Source: a virus
Length of the DNA stretch: 64,000 bases
Direction: 5' to 3' (one strand)
IMG/VR virus record: IMGVR_UViG_3300027801_001493
Coordinates: 32,001 to 96,000 of that record
Shown here: in pieces, positions 9,579 to 19,522 of the stretch
How positions within the stretch are numbered: the stretch's first letter is position 1
Layout of the letters: every line of letters begins with the position of its first letter
The notes under the pieces: model-generated
Databases searched by the model: none
Seen by the model: only the letters and a program-made list of their open reading frames with translations
What the model was told of the DNA's origin: nothing
Made by a program: the position numbers and the translations under genes

Positions 9579-9665
9579 TGGTACCCGGAGACGGACTTGA
9601 ACCGTCAAGACCTTACGGTCGGCAGATTTTAAGTCTGCTGTGTTTACCAATTTCACCACCCGGGC
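9579..9665 (-). tRNA. tRNA-Leu (UAA)
   Basis: GCCCGGGTGGTGAAATTGGTAAACAC; GCAGA-CTTAAAA-TCTGC arm; long variable arm; GTTCAAGTC; CCA. Confidence 0.93.
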
Positions 9666-9666
9666 A

Positions 9667-9918
9667 TTAATCTTTGTTGTTGTGTACAATAAATGACAGA
9701 CTCATGTCTTCATAATCATCATCGTCCCATACATCGCTTGTATCACACGGTACAAATTCTATACAACCGTCATCGTTAATCATTATAACGAGTAAGTCTC
9801 CAACACTAGCCTTAATGTGTTCTAGTGTAAGTTCTTTATCCATTATAATTGTTCCATTTGGTGCTACATCAAAGTGATAATCTAAAAATTTCACGTTAGG
9901 GTTCCTCTTTACATGCAT
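9667..9918 (-). CDS. Small hypothetical protein between tRNAs
   Basis: 83-aa ORF filling the tRNA-Arg/tRNA-Leu spacer. Confidence 0.5.
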   Translation of the reverse strand: MHVKRNPNVKFLDYHFDVAPNGTIIMDKELTLEHIKASVGDLLVIMINDDGCIEFVPCDTSDVWDDDDYEDMSLSFIVHNNKD

Positions 9919-9924
9919 TGTGTT

Positions 9925-10001
9925 TGGTCCGCCCTCCAGGATTCGAACCTGGGACCTACGGTTTAGAAGACCGTTGTTCTATCCAACTGAACTAAGAGCG
10001 G
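9925..10001 (-). tRNA. tRNA-Arg (UCU)
   Basis: CCGCTCTTAGTTCAGTTGGATAGAAC; ACGGT-CTTCTAA-ACCGT arm; GTTCGAATC; CCA. Confidence 0.93.
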
Positions 10002-10030
10002 ATAATTCCTTTATTGCTTAAGATGTTGTT

Positions 10031-10058
10031 ATAATAACATCTATAGCGGATAAGTCAA
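10031..10058 (-). promoter_or_regulatory. sigma70-type promoter of the tRNA cluster
   Basis: TTGACT-N16-TATTAT about 30 nt upstream of tRNA-Arg. Confidence 0.55.
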
Positions 10059-10081
10059 CATTTATTTTAGATATTTTACCC

Positions 10082-10110
10082 AAAAAAAAGCACTCCGTAG
10101 AGTGCTTTTT
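10082..10110. terminator. Bidirectional intrinsic terminator
   Basis: A-run, GCACTC-CGTA-GAGTGC hairpin, T-run; just after the fibre gene stop. Confidence 0.8.
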
Positions 10111-10132
10111 AATGTTAAGTTATTAACTTGGT

Positions 10133-13100
10133 TTATGTGTTGTAAACATATTCAACTGTTACTGTCGCCGCACCTGCAGTGGCTACTGCCGCTGTTGATC
10201 CGTTTGACTGTACAACGTCTAACTGCAGAGTCGTCCCTGAAGTTAAAGGCTCCATTCCTAAGTCAAGTACATAAGTACCTGATACTGTAGGATCAGCCTG
10301 AGCCGCTGTAACGTAAGTAGTTTCACTACCTTCATTATCAGTAATCTTAAACCCATCTACTGAACCACCTGACCAAGCAGTCGAAACTTTAATCACTGCC
10401 TTATTGGCAAAGTAGCTTCTTCCACTTACTGTTGGTATAGCACCAATTGTGAACACTGATGTAGAACTATCTGCTGTTGCAGTTGCTCTTATAATACCAT
10501 CGTCCTGTGCTACTACTGAAGCATCAACGTATGCTTTAACAGATTGCTGTGTTGGAACTAATGTTGCACTATCACTAGCCATATTGTCTTCGTCGACAAA
10601 AGCTGTAATAGATAAACTACCATCACTTAAACTTGCAAAAGTTACAGTACCTGCTTTAAGATTAGCATCATTTAATGTTAAATCACCTGTGCTTGATCCT
10701 GTTGCTGATGTTGTTGCAAACTGGAATTGGTCAGCACTTTCGTCCCACCCAAAGAATGCATTATCATCACTGCCTCTTTCAATAACAATACCAGCATCGC
10801 CTGACGCTGAGCCAGATCTACCAGTTCCAAGTTCTAACAATGTGTCAGAAATTGTTGTGTTAGTTGAAGAAACAGTAGTTGTTGTACCGTTAACTGTTAA
10901 GTTACCTGCTAATGTTAAGTCAGTTGCACCAATAGTTGTTACACCACTTAGAGCACCTGCTGTCATTGTAGCAGTTCCGTCTGTTATTGAACCACCTTGT
11001 ACTGCACCAGAGAATGTACCTGCGACCATACTTGTTAAAGAAGTGTCTAGGTTTAATGTAACTGCATCGCCTGACACTACTGAAGTAATGTTAGTTCCGC
11101 CTGTTACAGTTAATGTATCTCCGCCATCAATTGTAGATGAACCAGTGTCACCAGCTAATGTAAATGATGTAGAAATAGAGGCTGTTGAAGCCGCTGTTAT
11201 TCTACCCTGAGCATCTACTGTTAGTACTGGAATTGCTGTACTACTACCATATGAAGCGGCACTTACTGCCGTATTATCAAGTGTTACAGTTAGTGTGTTA
11301 CCACTACCTGCTGTAGTTAAGCCTGTTCCGCCTGCAATAGTTAAAGTTTCTGTATCAAAATCAATTGCTAAACCGGCTGTTGTCGCATCGTCTGTAAAAG
11401 CCAATGTGTTACCAGTGTTTACCAAAGTGATTTGGTCATCAACATATTTTTTAACTGATTGTTGCGTAGGAATAAGAGTAGCACTATCGCTAGTCATGTC
11501 ATCTTCATCCGCAAAACCTGTAGCAGTAATTGTACCGTCACTTAAAGATCCAAATGTTACTGTTCCAGAAGTACTTAATGCACCAGTTAAACCAGTTATG
11601 GCTCCACCTGTCATTGTTGCTGTTCCGTCAGTTATTGAATCGCCTGTAACTGCACCAGTGGCTGTTACTGTTCCAGTTCCTACTGAAACTAGTCCACTTA
11701 AAGCACCACTTGTTAGTGTTGCTGTGCCATCTGTTAGTGATCCACCTGTAACTGCACCACTAAAGGTACCAGCTACACCACCTGTTAAAGTACCAGAGGC
11801 AATGCTTAAAGCACCGTCTGTGATAGTACCAGCAGTTGTAATTCCACCTGCTGTCAGTGTTCCACTTACTGTTGGTGCATTTACTAAGCCAATAGTAATA
11901 GCATCGTTTGAAACAGTTGTTTCAATTTCGTTACTAGTACCTGCAAAGTTTAATGTTCCACCAGTTGTGAACGTGTCATTCGCTCCTGAGTCAGCACTTA
12001 TTGTAAAGTCAGAACTAATACCTGCAATTTCAGTATCAACGTATGCTTTAACACTTTGTTGTGTTGGCACAGCCGTTGCTGAATCTGAAGACATATTGTC
12101 TTGGTCTAAAAATGCTGTTATTGTAGCACCACTGGCACCAACAAATGAAGCGCCTGTAACTGCCTGAGCATCTACATCGCCTAATCTTAAATTACTTGCT
12201 GTACCTGTGAAGGTGTTTGAGTTTTCTGTAGCATCTGCTATGAAAACAAATTCACTTGCTGAATCATCGTAACCAAAGAAACCTTTCTTTGCCGCTGATC
12301 CATCGTGCCAGTTGAATTTAATACCTCTATCTAAGTTGTCGTCTGAACTAATGCCAGGATCACCTACTTCAAAAATAGGATCGTCAACTTGAACAGTTGT
12401 ACTGTTTACTGTAGTAGTTGTTCCATTTACTGTTAAAGTACCTGAAACTACTGCATCACCAGTAATGTTAACCGTAGCCGATGTAATATCGTCTGAGTTA
12501 AGTGTGCCAGTAACGGTCAAATCGTTTCCGATTGTTACGTCATTGGGTAAACCAATTTGAATTTGGTTGTTTGAAACGGTCGTTTCTATCTCGTTGGTCG
12601 TACCAGCGAAAGTCATTGTGTCAGTACCTACTGTTACTGTATCATCACTTCCGTTATCTGCCGCAATAGTTAATGCAGAAGAAATACTGGCTGTTGAAGC
12701 CGCTGTAATTCTACCTTTTGCATCTACTGTTAGGACAGGAATAGCTGTACTACTACCATAACTTGCCGCACTAACACCAGTATTATCTAATGTTGTTGTT
12801 AGGGTTATGTTTTGACTACCATCAAAAGATGTAGCCGCTCCATCGACGTCGCCGTCAATAGTAATAGTTCTGGCAGTTGCTAATGCTGTTGCTGTATCTG
12901 AATTACCAGTTACATCACCAGTTAGGTCTCCAACAAATCCAGTTGTTGCTGTAATTGTTGTACCGCCGATAGCCGCTTTTGCACTTCCACCAATAATAGT
13001 GCCGTCTATTGCACCACCATCGATATCCACACTATTAGCCGCCTGTGTTGCTATAGTACCTAAACCAAGAGTTGAGATCGCCGCTGTTGCATCAGCATCG

Positions 13101-13402
13101 TCTATAAGACTTCTACCAAATGCACTTATGTCTGCAGATCCAAATGTATTAGCGCCTGTAGTATATAGAATTTTATCTTGTGCTACTGAACTAAGTCCTG
13201 TACCACCTTTTGTTACAGCAATTTCAGTACCTGACCAGGTACCTGCTTGAACTGTTGCAAACTCTACATCTTCCAGAGCTGAACCGTTGTCTTTAAATTG
13301 GAATTTATTGTTGGATGTATCGTAAACTACGAAACCTCCAGACTTTCCAAGTTGAACATCGGCGGCTATACCTTTGATTCCAAAGTTTTTAATATTCGCC
13401 AT
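10133..13402 (-). CDS. Large virion structural/tail-fibre-like protein with internal repeats
   Basis: 1089 aa, Thr/Gly/Ala/Ser rich; three SDSATxxPTQQSVKxYVD repeats, two YGSSTAIPVLTVDAxGRIT repeats, C-terminal beta-rich module. Confidence 0.75.
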   Translation of the reverse strand: MANIKNFGIKGIAADVQLGKSGGFVVYDTSNNKFQFKDNGSALEDVEFATVQAGTWSGTEIAVTKGGTGLSSVAQDKILYTTGANTFGSADISAFGRSLIDDADATAAISTLGLGTIATQAANSVDIDGGAIDGTIIGGSAKAAIGGTTITATTGFVGDLTGDVTGNSDTATALATARTITIDGDVDGAATSFDGSQNITLTTTLDNTGVSAASYGSSTAIPVLTVDAKGRITAASTASISSALTIAADNGSDDTVTVGTDTMTFAGTTNEIETTVSNNQIQIGLPNDVTIGNDLTVTGTLNSDDITSATVNITGDAVVSGTLTVNGTTTTVNSTTVQVDDPIFEVGDPGISSDDNLDRGIKFNWHDGSAAKKGFFGYDDSASEFVFIADATENSNTFTGTASNLRLGDVDAQAVTGASFVGASGATITAFLDQDNMSSDSATAVPTQQSVKAYVDTEIAGISSDFTISADSGANDTFTTGGTLNFAGTSNEIETTVSNDAITIGLVNAPTVSGTLTAGGITTAGTITDGALSIASGTLTGGVAGTFSGAVTGGSLTDGTATLTSGALSGLVSVGTGTVTATGAVTGDSITDGTATMTGGAITGLTGALSTSGTVTFGSLSDGTITATGFADEDDMTSDSATLIPTQQSVKKYVDDQITLVNTGNTLAFTDDATTAGLAIDFDTETLTIAGGTGLTTAGSGNTLTVTLDNTAVSAASYGSSTAIPVLTVDAQGRITAASTASISTSFTLAGDTGSSTIDGGDTLTVTGGTNITSVVSGDAVTLNLDTSLTSMVAGTFSGAVQGGSITDGTATMTAGALSGVTTIGATDLTLAGNLTVNGTTTTVSSTNTTISDTLLELGTGRSGSASGDAGIVIERGSDDNAFFGWDESADQFQFATTSATGSSTGDLTLNDANLKAGTVTFASLSDGSLSITAFVDEDNMASDSATLVPTQQSVKAYVDASVVAQDDGIIRATATADSSTSVFTIGAIPTVSGRSYFANKAVIKVSTAWSGGSVDGFKITDNEGSETTYVTAAQADPTVSGTYVLDLGMEPLTSGTTLQLDVVQSNGSTAAVATAGAATVTVEYVYNT
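10523..12800 (-). repeat. Intragenic peptide repeats in the fibre gene
   Basis: Motif A at about 10523-10603, 11438-11518, 12035-12114; motif B at about 11170-11286 and 12684-12800; copies differ mostly at synonymous sites. Confidence 0.8.
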
Positions 13403-13515
13403 CTTGTTACTCCTTAAGGATTATTTTTATCAATATTGATGTACAAGAATATGACTCCCGTCATAGATTTATACAACTATATTTATCGTATCTTAAGGGT
13501 TATTGGGGGTTATGC

Positions 13516-15549
13516 CTAGACGTAGGTAACTGTTATCTTACCTGCTCCGAGTGTTGCTCCGGAGTGTGTAATTTTAGCTCTAAGTGTTAGTTCGCTGTTT
13601 TGACTTGCTGGATAAACATAGTTAGGATTAGCAGTATAAGTACCATTAGAACTTAGGTCACTTTCATCACCTTCCATGTAAGCATTTATGTCTGAAGTAT
13701 CGCCTACTTCTATAATTGGTGTTGTGCCTGAGAAGTTGCTGTACGGTGTAGTTACTTCAACACCTATGTCTACAATTCTTGCTCCAGGTGATATGTTGCC
13801 TAGTGTTATTGTTTCGACACCACCAAAGCCTCCGCCTGGTGTTTCTAGTGTGAACGTTAATGTTTGAGCATCAGTTGCCGCACTATCTTGGTTACCTATT
13901 TCTACCCATGCACTACCATCATAAACATACATTGCCCATTCGGCATCTCCACTATCAGTAACATAAGCCATGTCGCCCACTTGTGGACTTAGTGCATCTC
14001 TACCGGCAATGTTTGCCACCACAGTTGTACCAGCACTTCTAACTCCATGCTCTACATAAAGTCCTAAAGGAAACTGTCCATTGTGTACACTTGTTAATCC
14101 AAAGTCTGCAATTGGTGTGCCTAGCTTTTCTTCTAAGTCAATAGCACCACCATCTGTTCTAGTAAGTCTTAATAACTTACCTGTACTTGAAACTGTAGTT
14201 GTAGGTAGTCCAGTAATACTGTTGTCTCCTGCAAAAACTACACTTGCCTGTGCATCTGCTTGTACATTAAAAATGTTTATAGCATTACCACTTGCTTCTT
14301 CTAGTTTTAATCTACCGTCGCCAAGTATTGTTGTGGTTAAGTTATCAACAGCCAAAGCATCTATAACTGTTTTAATGTCTGTGCCATTAGCAATACCGGC
14401 ACCATATTGTGCATTACCACTTGGTGCTGTTGTTACGTTGACTAGTACATTGCCTGCACCAGTATTAATATTAGCACTAAATGGAATGTATCCACCTAAT
14501 AGTCCGTAACTATAATCACTAGTATCCGATGTTGCGTTTGTTGGTACAGGTGCCTCTGTGGCTGTAACAAACGTGTTTGAAGCACTTGTAATGTCTGTTA
14601 CAGCATTTGATATGCTTGTACCAGTACTAAGTGTTACATTAACACCATTAATTTCCATTACGTTGTTTTGAGTAGTTGTAGCATTAGATATGTTTCCTGT
14701 TGCTACAGAGTTTACTGCGTCCTTAATCTTTAAGAACATTATCTTACCTGTATCTGTAGTAGTTAAGTCGCCGTCTGTGTCAGCATATATAAAACTACCT
14801 ATACTTCCTGGCAAAGCAGGATTGAAATCTATAATTTGGTTTTGTGGTTTAACTTTAAATCTATCTGGTCCTGGACCTACATAACTTACAACACCAATTG
14901 TTCTGGATATCGTAGATGCATTTGCTTTTTCATAAGTACCACCAGTAGTAACTACAACAACATCTCCTCTAGCAAAACTATGTCCTGTCTTTGCTAACGG
15001 AAAATGTTCTGCTGGATTCATATATTCGAATCTACTAACAATGTTTGGATAAAAATCTGCACTTACAACACTTGCTGGAAGTGGATCTATCATAGGCATG
15101 CCTTCACCATTCAGTGTGAACAATACGCCTGTACCTGGTACACTAAATATTGGTGAACCTGTACTACTTCTAAACACATTATATCTATCTACATCTTCTG
15201 CAACACAAACAACTGTGGTTGCATTCTTACTTGTAATTGAAACTATCTGGAGACATTTTCCGTCCTGTGAGCCTGATACCCAGTCGCCAACACTTACATC
15301 CATGCCGTTATATTTTCTATGTTCTCTAGTCTTATGTGAACCATGTGTATATTCTGTAACTGTGAATGTCAAAGTATATTGATATGGTTTTGCTGAGCCG
15401 CCACCTGACCACCAAGGATCACCTAAGCCGTCATTGTGTTCCCAATTCTTATATGCAGATGCTAATGTATAAGACAGTTGTAAAACCTTTGCTGGTTTAT
15501 AAACGTCTAATGTTGAGTCTGCACTTTTATTAAATATTATTTCTGCCAT
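13516..15549 (-). CDS. Virion structural protein
   Basis: 677 aa beta-rich; GDMAYVTDSGDAEWAMYVYDG module and C-terminal domain shared with 33904-34971. Confidence 0.65.
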   Translation of the reverse strand: MAEIIFNKSADSTLDVYKPAKVLQLSYTLASAYKNWEHNDGLGDPWWSGGGSAKPYQYTLTFTVTEYTHGSHKTREHRKYNGMDVSVGDWVSGSQDGKCLQIVSITSKNATTVVCVAEDVDRYNVFRSSTGSPIFSVPGTGVLFTLNGEGMPMIDPLPASVVSADFYPNIVSRFEYMNPAEHFPLAKTGHSFARGDVVVVTTGGTYEKANASTISRTIGVVSYVGPGPDRFKVKPQNQIIDFNPALPGSIGSFIYADTDGDLTTTDTGKIMFLKIKDAVNSVATGNISNATTTQNNVMEINGVNVTLSTGTSISNAVTDITSASNTFVTATEAPVPTNATSDTSDYSYGLLGGYIPFSANINTGAGNVLVNVTTAPSGNAQYGAGIANGTDIKTVIDALAVDNLTTTILGDGRLKLEEASGNAINIFNVQADAQASVVFAGDNSITGLPTTTVSSTGKLLRLTRTDGGAIDLEEKLGTPIADFGLTSVHNGQFPLGLYVEHGVRSAGTTVVANIAGRDALSPQVGDMAYVTDSGDAEWAMYVYDGSAWVEIGNQDSAATDAQTLTFTLETPGGGFGGVETITLGNISPGARIVDIGVEVTTPYSNFSGTTPIIEVGDTSDINAYMEGDESDLSSNGTYTANPNYVYPASQNSELTLRAKITHSGATLGAGKITVTYV

Positions 15550-15553
15550 TGGT

Positions 15554-18397
15554 CTAGCTACCCATTATGAAGTATATCCAAGCATGACTGGTCTGTCCAA
15601 AGCCACTGCTTGATCCTGTTTCCGAACGTGTCAAACTCATTGTAACATTTGCACTTCCTAAACTGCCATGAGGTGTACCAGTACCATCTAATTTTAATGT
15701 GGTATTGATAGCACTTTGTATTTGGCTCTTTATGTTATACTCCGTAGTGGATTGGCTGTAACCATATGCTGTTATGCCTAGTGGTGGTCTATTATAATTT
15801 CCTGCAAAGTCTATTATAATTTCACAACTGTTTGCCGCTGAATTATTAACTGTGACATTTCCCATATTCGTACTCTTATCACTTATACCGCCAACACCTT
15901 GAGCAGTATCAATTGCTCCTGCTGATGTGTAATAGAGTTTGAAGTATTCATAACTTGTTCCAGAGCCACCGCCACCACCACTTATATTAGTATGAGATAC
16001 ATTAGTAATTCTACCTGTTGCATCTACTGTAAATACTGCTGATTTTGTTGAACTTCCGTATGTTCCTGCTGTTGCGCCTGAGTCTGTTATGCTGATAGCA
16101 CCACTACTAAACGTAATGCCTGTGCCACCGCTTACATAAGCCTCTACATTCGCATCACCATAATTGCCCGATACACTTGCCAGTGTGCTTGTTAAGTCTA
16201 CGTTTCCTGATTGTCCAGTTAAACTAATTACATTTCCTGATATAGTCATGTCCTGACTATCAGTTTCACTTGTTAAGTATGAACTTAAATCTGGTGGTGT
16301 AAATGTATAAACACCTGTTCCGCTGTTGTATCCTAAACCACCTGAACCACTTGCTGATGCTGTGGTAACACTAAAGTCTGTTAGTGCCGTTCCACCACCT
16401 GCTGGGCCTGTTGCCCCAATTGGTCCTCTTATATTTCCAACGTTCTGTGTGCTGGAATTACTATAAGTTAATGTTAAATCGTTACCCGCCAATGCAACTG
16501 TAGTAATACCGTTGCCGACCGCTCCTGTTGAACCTACGTTACCCTGTGGTCCTGTTGGTCCTACGTTACCCTGTGGTCCTGTGGCTCCTAAACCACTTAA
16601 ATCTACAGTAGTACTATCATATTCTAAATTACTTCCACTTAATGTTAGTGATGGTCTACTTGTTAAATCTGTAAATAGTCCGCTTGTTCCAACTGTGGAA
16701 AGCGAACTTGTATCTGCCTTTGTGGCAATTGAATTTGTTATTGTTGTACTAAAGTTTGCATCGTCACCTAGTGCCGCGGCTAATTCATTCAATGTATCTA
16801 ATGTGCCTGGAGCACTACTAGTAATTGCCGCTACTATTGTTGACTGTGTTGCAAAGCCTTGTGCTGTTAAGTATGTACCAACATTGCTGTCGCCATAGTT
16901 ACCACCGCCAGTTGCTATTGCAGTTGTTAAATCTACTGTTCCGCCATTAGTTAATGTAATTACATTACCACTAAGGCTTAAATCTTGTGTATCAGTATCA
17001 GTATCTGCTGAATTAATCCATGCACTACCATTGTATTTTAATACTTGTCCACTTGTTGGACTTGTAATTGCTGTATCAGTTAGTTCTGTTAAAGTATCAA
17101 ATGAAGTTTTTAGTGTACTTAAATCTATTGCATTACCACCACTAATACTAATTGTACTTGTGCCAGCATTCCAACTTAATGTTTGAGTACTACCACCGCT
17201 TTGTGCTACCCAGTCATAGTCTGTGCCATTCCAACTTAATACTTCTCCTGAACTTGCTGTACTTTTATTTAGATGTATGTCGACATTTGCATCAGCATAA
17301 CTTCCGCCACCGCCGCCACTGTTATTGTCTGCCGCTGGTGCCCAACTAGTACCATTGTATTTTAATACTTGTCCGTTAGTTACACCGGATGTACTTACAC
17401 CTGATAAGTCATCTAAGTTAATTGAATCTAATGCAATAGAAAGATTTTTATCTCCTGCAGAAGTTGTTACTGTAATTTTGTTTCCGCCTCTAATGTCTAA
17501 GTCATTACCTGTTGTGGTATATGATGTAGAACCATTAGTAACAACAATATCAGCAATAGAGTTAGATGTTATAGCACTATCTGTTTGTGCTTTAGTATAA
17601 ACATCTCCTGTTTGGGCAAAGTTTGCCGCAGGTATTGAACCTAAGTTGGTAGCATTAACGGCTATGTCTGCCGTACCCCTAAAGTATGTACTAAAAATCT
17701 GTGAATACTTTTGAGTAGAATTACCTATGCTATATAAATTGTTTATTGCAGGTTGATAGTTTGCAGTAGTTGTTACTGCTTGGGCTATATGGGCGTTAAA
17801 ATCTGCTCTATCTGTTTTGCCAGATATATTTGTTCTGGCTACCCAATCTAAATTATTAGAACCGTCTGTTACTAATACTTGTCCAGCCGTTCCATCTGCT
17901 ACAGGCATAACCATTCCAGCGAATGTTAGGTTAGTTGTTACTAAACCGTTACTTGTAACTGTGCCATTGTTAATAGTTGTATTTTGTGATGCACCTAGTA
18001 TGCTTAATGTAGTACCATCGTATGTGATACTGTCTGAACCATTAGCAATATTGCCGTTTGCATCTGCTACTAATATTGTATTTGCATTTGCTGTGCCTAA
18101 TGCTAAACTTCCAGTGCCTACTACTGCATCAATAGTAATAACATTATCATTTAATGCTATTGTGGCATTTGCACCTGCTTGTAGTTTATAAAATTCTAAA
18201 TACTGACTATCGTTTTGCTTGTATAAGCCAACTCCATAAGTGCCTACGTTTCTACCTTGTCCAGTTACACTGGCGTTGGCGCTAACTGCCGCTGTTTCAT
18301 TCTTAAAAGATCCAGTCGCGGCATCATAAACTAATATTTGATTATCAGCTATGCTATCGATATTAAATGTTATGTTGTCGTTAGTTCCAATTGGCAT
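15554..18397 (-). CDS. Tail fibre protein with collagen-like segment
   Basis: GQVLKYNGxxW repeats, TLDTLNELAAALGDDANFSTT fibre motif, GPTGPQGNV Gly-X-Y run. Confidence 0.8.
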   Translation of the reverse strand: MPIGTNDNITFNIDSIADNQILVYDAATGSFKNETAAVSANASVTGQGRNVGTYGVGLYKQNDSQYLEFYKLQAGANATIALNDNVITIDAVVGTGSLALGTANANTILVADANGNIANGSDSITYDGTTLSILGASQNTTINNGTVTSNGLVTTNLTFAGMVMPVADGTAGQVLVTDGSNNLDWVARTNISGKTDRADFNAHIAQAVTTTANYQPAINNLYSIGNSTQKYSQIFSTYFRGTADIAVNATNLGSIPAANFAQTGDVYTKAQTDSAITSNSIADIVVTNGSTSYTTTGNDLDIRGGNKITVTTSAGDKNLSIALDSINLDDLSGVSTSGVTNGQVLKYNGTSWAPAADNNSGGGGGSYADANVDIHLNKSTASSGEVLSWNGTDYDWVAQSGGSTQTLSWNAGTSTISISGGNAIDLSTLKTSFDTLTELTDTAITSPTSGQVLKYNGSAWINSADTDTDTQDLSLSGNVITLTNGGTVDLTTAIATGGGNYGDSNVGTYLTAQGFATQSTIVAAITSSAPGTLDTLNELAAALGDDANFSTTITNSIATKADTSSLSTVGTSGLFTDLTSRPSLTLSGSNLEYDSTTVDLSGLGATGPQGNVGPTGPQGNVGSTGAVGNGITTVALAGNDLTLTYSNSSTQNVGNIRGPIGATGPAGGGTALTDFSVTTASASGSGGLGYNSGTGVYTFTPPDLSSYLTSETDSQDMTISGNVISLTGQSGNVDLTSTLASVSGNYGDANVEAYVSGGTGITFSSGAISITDSGATAGTYGSSTKSAVFTVDATGRITNVSHTNISGGGGGSGTSYEYFKLYYTSAGAIDTAQGVGGISDKSTNMGNVTVNNSAANSCEIIIDFAGNYNRPPLGITAYGYSQSTTEYNIKSQIQSAINTTLKLDGTGTPHGSLGSANVTMSLTRSETGSSSGFGQTSHAWIYFIMGS
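16533..16582. repeat. Exact 23-nt direct repeat with 27-nt period (collagen-like coding)
   Basis: cctacgttaccctgtggtcctgt at 16533 and 16560. Confidence 0.85.
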
Positions 18398-18452
18398 ACT
18401 TATATCCTGCTATGTTATAGCAGTATTTATCACTTCTAGAAGTTTTTTGCTG

Positions 18453-18866
18453 TTAAGCAGACATGCGGACATAAGCAATCGAGCCGTAATCCGTTAAGTA
18501 TGAAGTACCATCACCTATATAAGACCTATCCATCTTAACTCTTAGGTATGTAAAGTTACCATTTATATTGTATGCTTCTGTACCAGTAAAGCCTGCTGTA
18601 CCAGTTATTGGGAATGTTTTAAATCCACCAGCCGAAACTGATTGTCCACCTGGTATTTGTATTGGAAAGTAATCAGCATCTGTAGGTGTTAAAGACAATG
18701 TTCCTTGTATAGTAACTCTGCCTTTAAAGGCGGCATACTGTATTGCAATGGTGTGCATACCATCTGAGTAGCCGTAGTAACTGTCACCTTCTACTTTATC
18801 AGTAGTAAGATTCATTTCGGAGTTTGTTGCTCCATGCACTAAAATTGATTTTCTATTAATGGTCAT
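18453..18866 (-). CDS. Small beta-rich hypothetical protein (likely structural)
   Basis: First gene of the structural run; TAAATA 5 nt upstream of its ATG. Confidence 0.6.
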   Translation of the reverse strand: MTINRKSILVHGATNSEMNLTTDKVEGDSYYGYSDGMHTIAIQYAAFKGRVTIQGTLSLTPTDADYFPIQIPGGQSVSAGGFKTFPITGTAGFTGTEAYNINGNFTYLRVKMDRSYIGDGTSYLTDYGSIAYVRMSA

Positions 18867-18883
18867 ATTTGTATTTATCGCTT

Positions 18884-19522
18884 TTAGTCATTTTTGATTA
18901 CAATGACTCGAATAATATTTTTAATTACATTGCCTTTTTGCAGTTTCATAAAGAACTGTACGTCTTCAATATCTTTTTCATTCAAGTATGTGTTTCGTGT
19001 ATTTGTTTTGCTATCAGCAACACTCATTACATTATCGCCCAAGTCTTCAAAATATTTATACCAATCCCGGCCCGTGGAGTGGTTTCCTCCACCATATACC
19101 TCGGCAACGTTGGGCCAATCCCATACAATTTTTGTATCAAACTTTCCAAAGTACTTGCTTGTTCTTATTTCCCATTGCTCTAACGCATGGTTGCTTATGG
19201 AATTAACTTTTTGTAATGCTTCACAATGAGACTTACTTATAGGACCCATAATTAAATTTACTGCATCACCAAATATATACATGAATTCTTCAAATGCATC
19301 TAATGTTTTAAAATACACATGCCTAGTATAGTTGTCTACTATCTTCATATGTTTGCTACGAAAGTCATCGTGTACATATCTAACAATAGCCGCAGATTTA
19401 TCTATATCTTCATAATTTATACTGTTACCAAGCAGTCTTACTTTAAAAGGATAATGTGCATAGTATACTTTATCAGAGCCTACTATTTTACAATTATACT
19501 TCTTTGGGTCTAGTGGTTTCAA
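18884..19522 (-). CDS. Hypothetical protein
   Basis: 212-aa ORF overlapping the clpA stop. Confidence 0.6.
   Translation of the reverse strand: MKPLDPKKYNCKIVGSDKVYYAHYPFKVRLLGNSINYEDIDKSAAIVRYVHDDFRSKHMKIVDNYTRHVYFKTLDAFEEFMYIFGDAVNLIMGPISKSHCEALQKVNSISNHALEQWEIRTSKYFGKFDTKIVWDWPNVAEVYGGGNHSTGRDWYKYFEDLGDNVMSVADSKTNTRNTYLNEKDIEDVQFFMKLQKGNVIKNIIRVIVIKND

Noticed and set aside
10449-13250. Long + strand ORFs (253, 290 and 83 aa) opposite the fibre gene, and similar antisense ORFs over other structural genes
   Set aside because: They mirror the codon bias of Thr/Gly/Ala-rich sense genes (Val/Pro/Ala-rich output), with no SD or motifs
13428-13466. TATGAC-GGGA-GTCATA hairpin and ATCAATATTGAT palindrome in the fibre gene leader
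   Set aside because: Too short to support a regulatory RNA; could simply stabilise the 5' end
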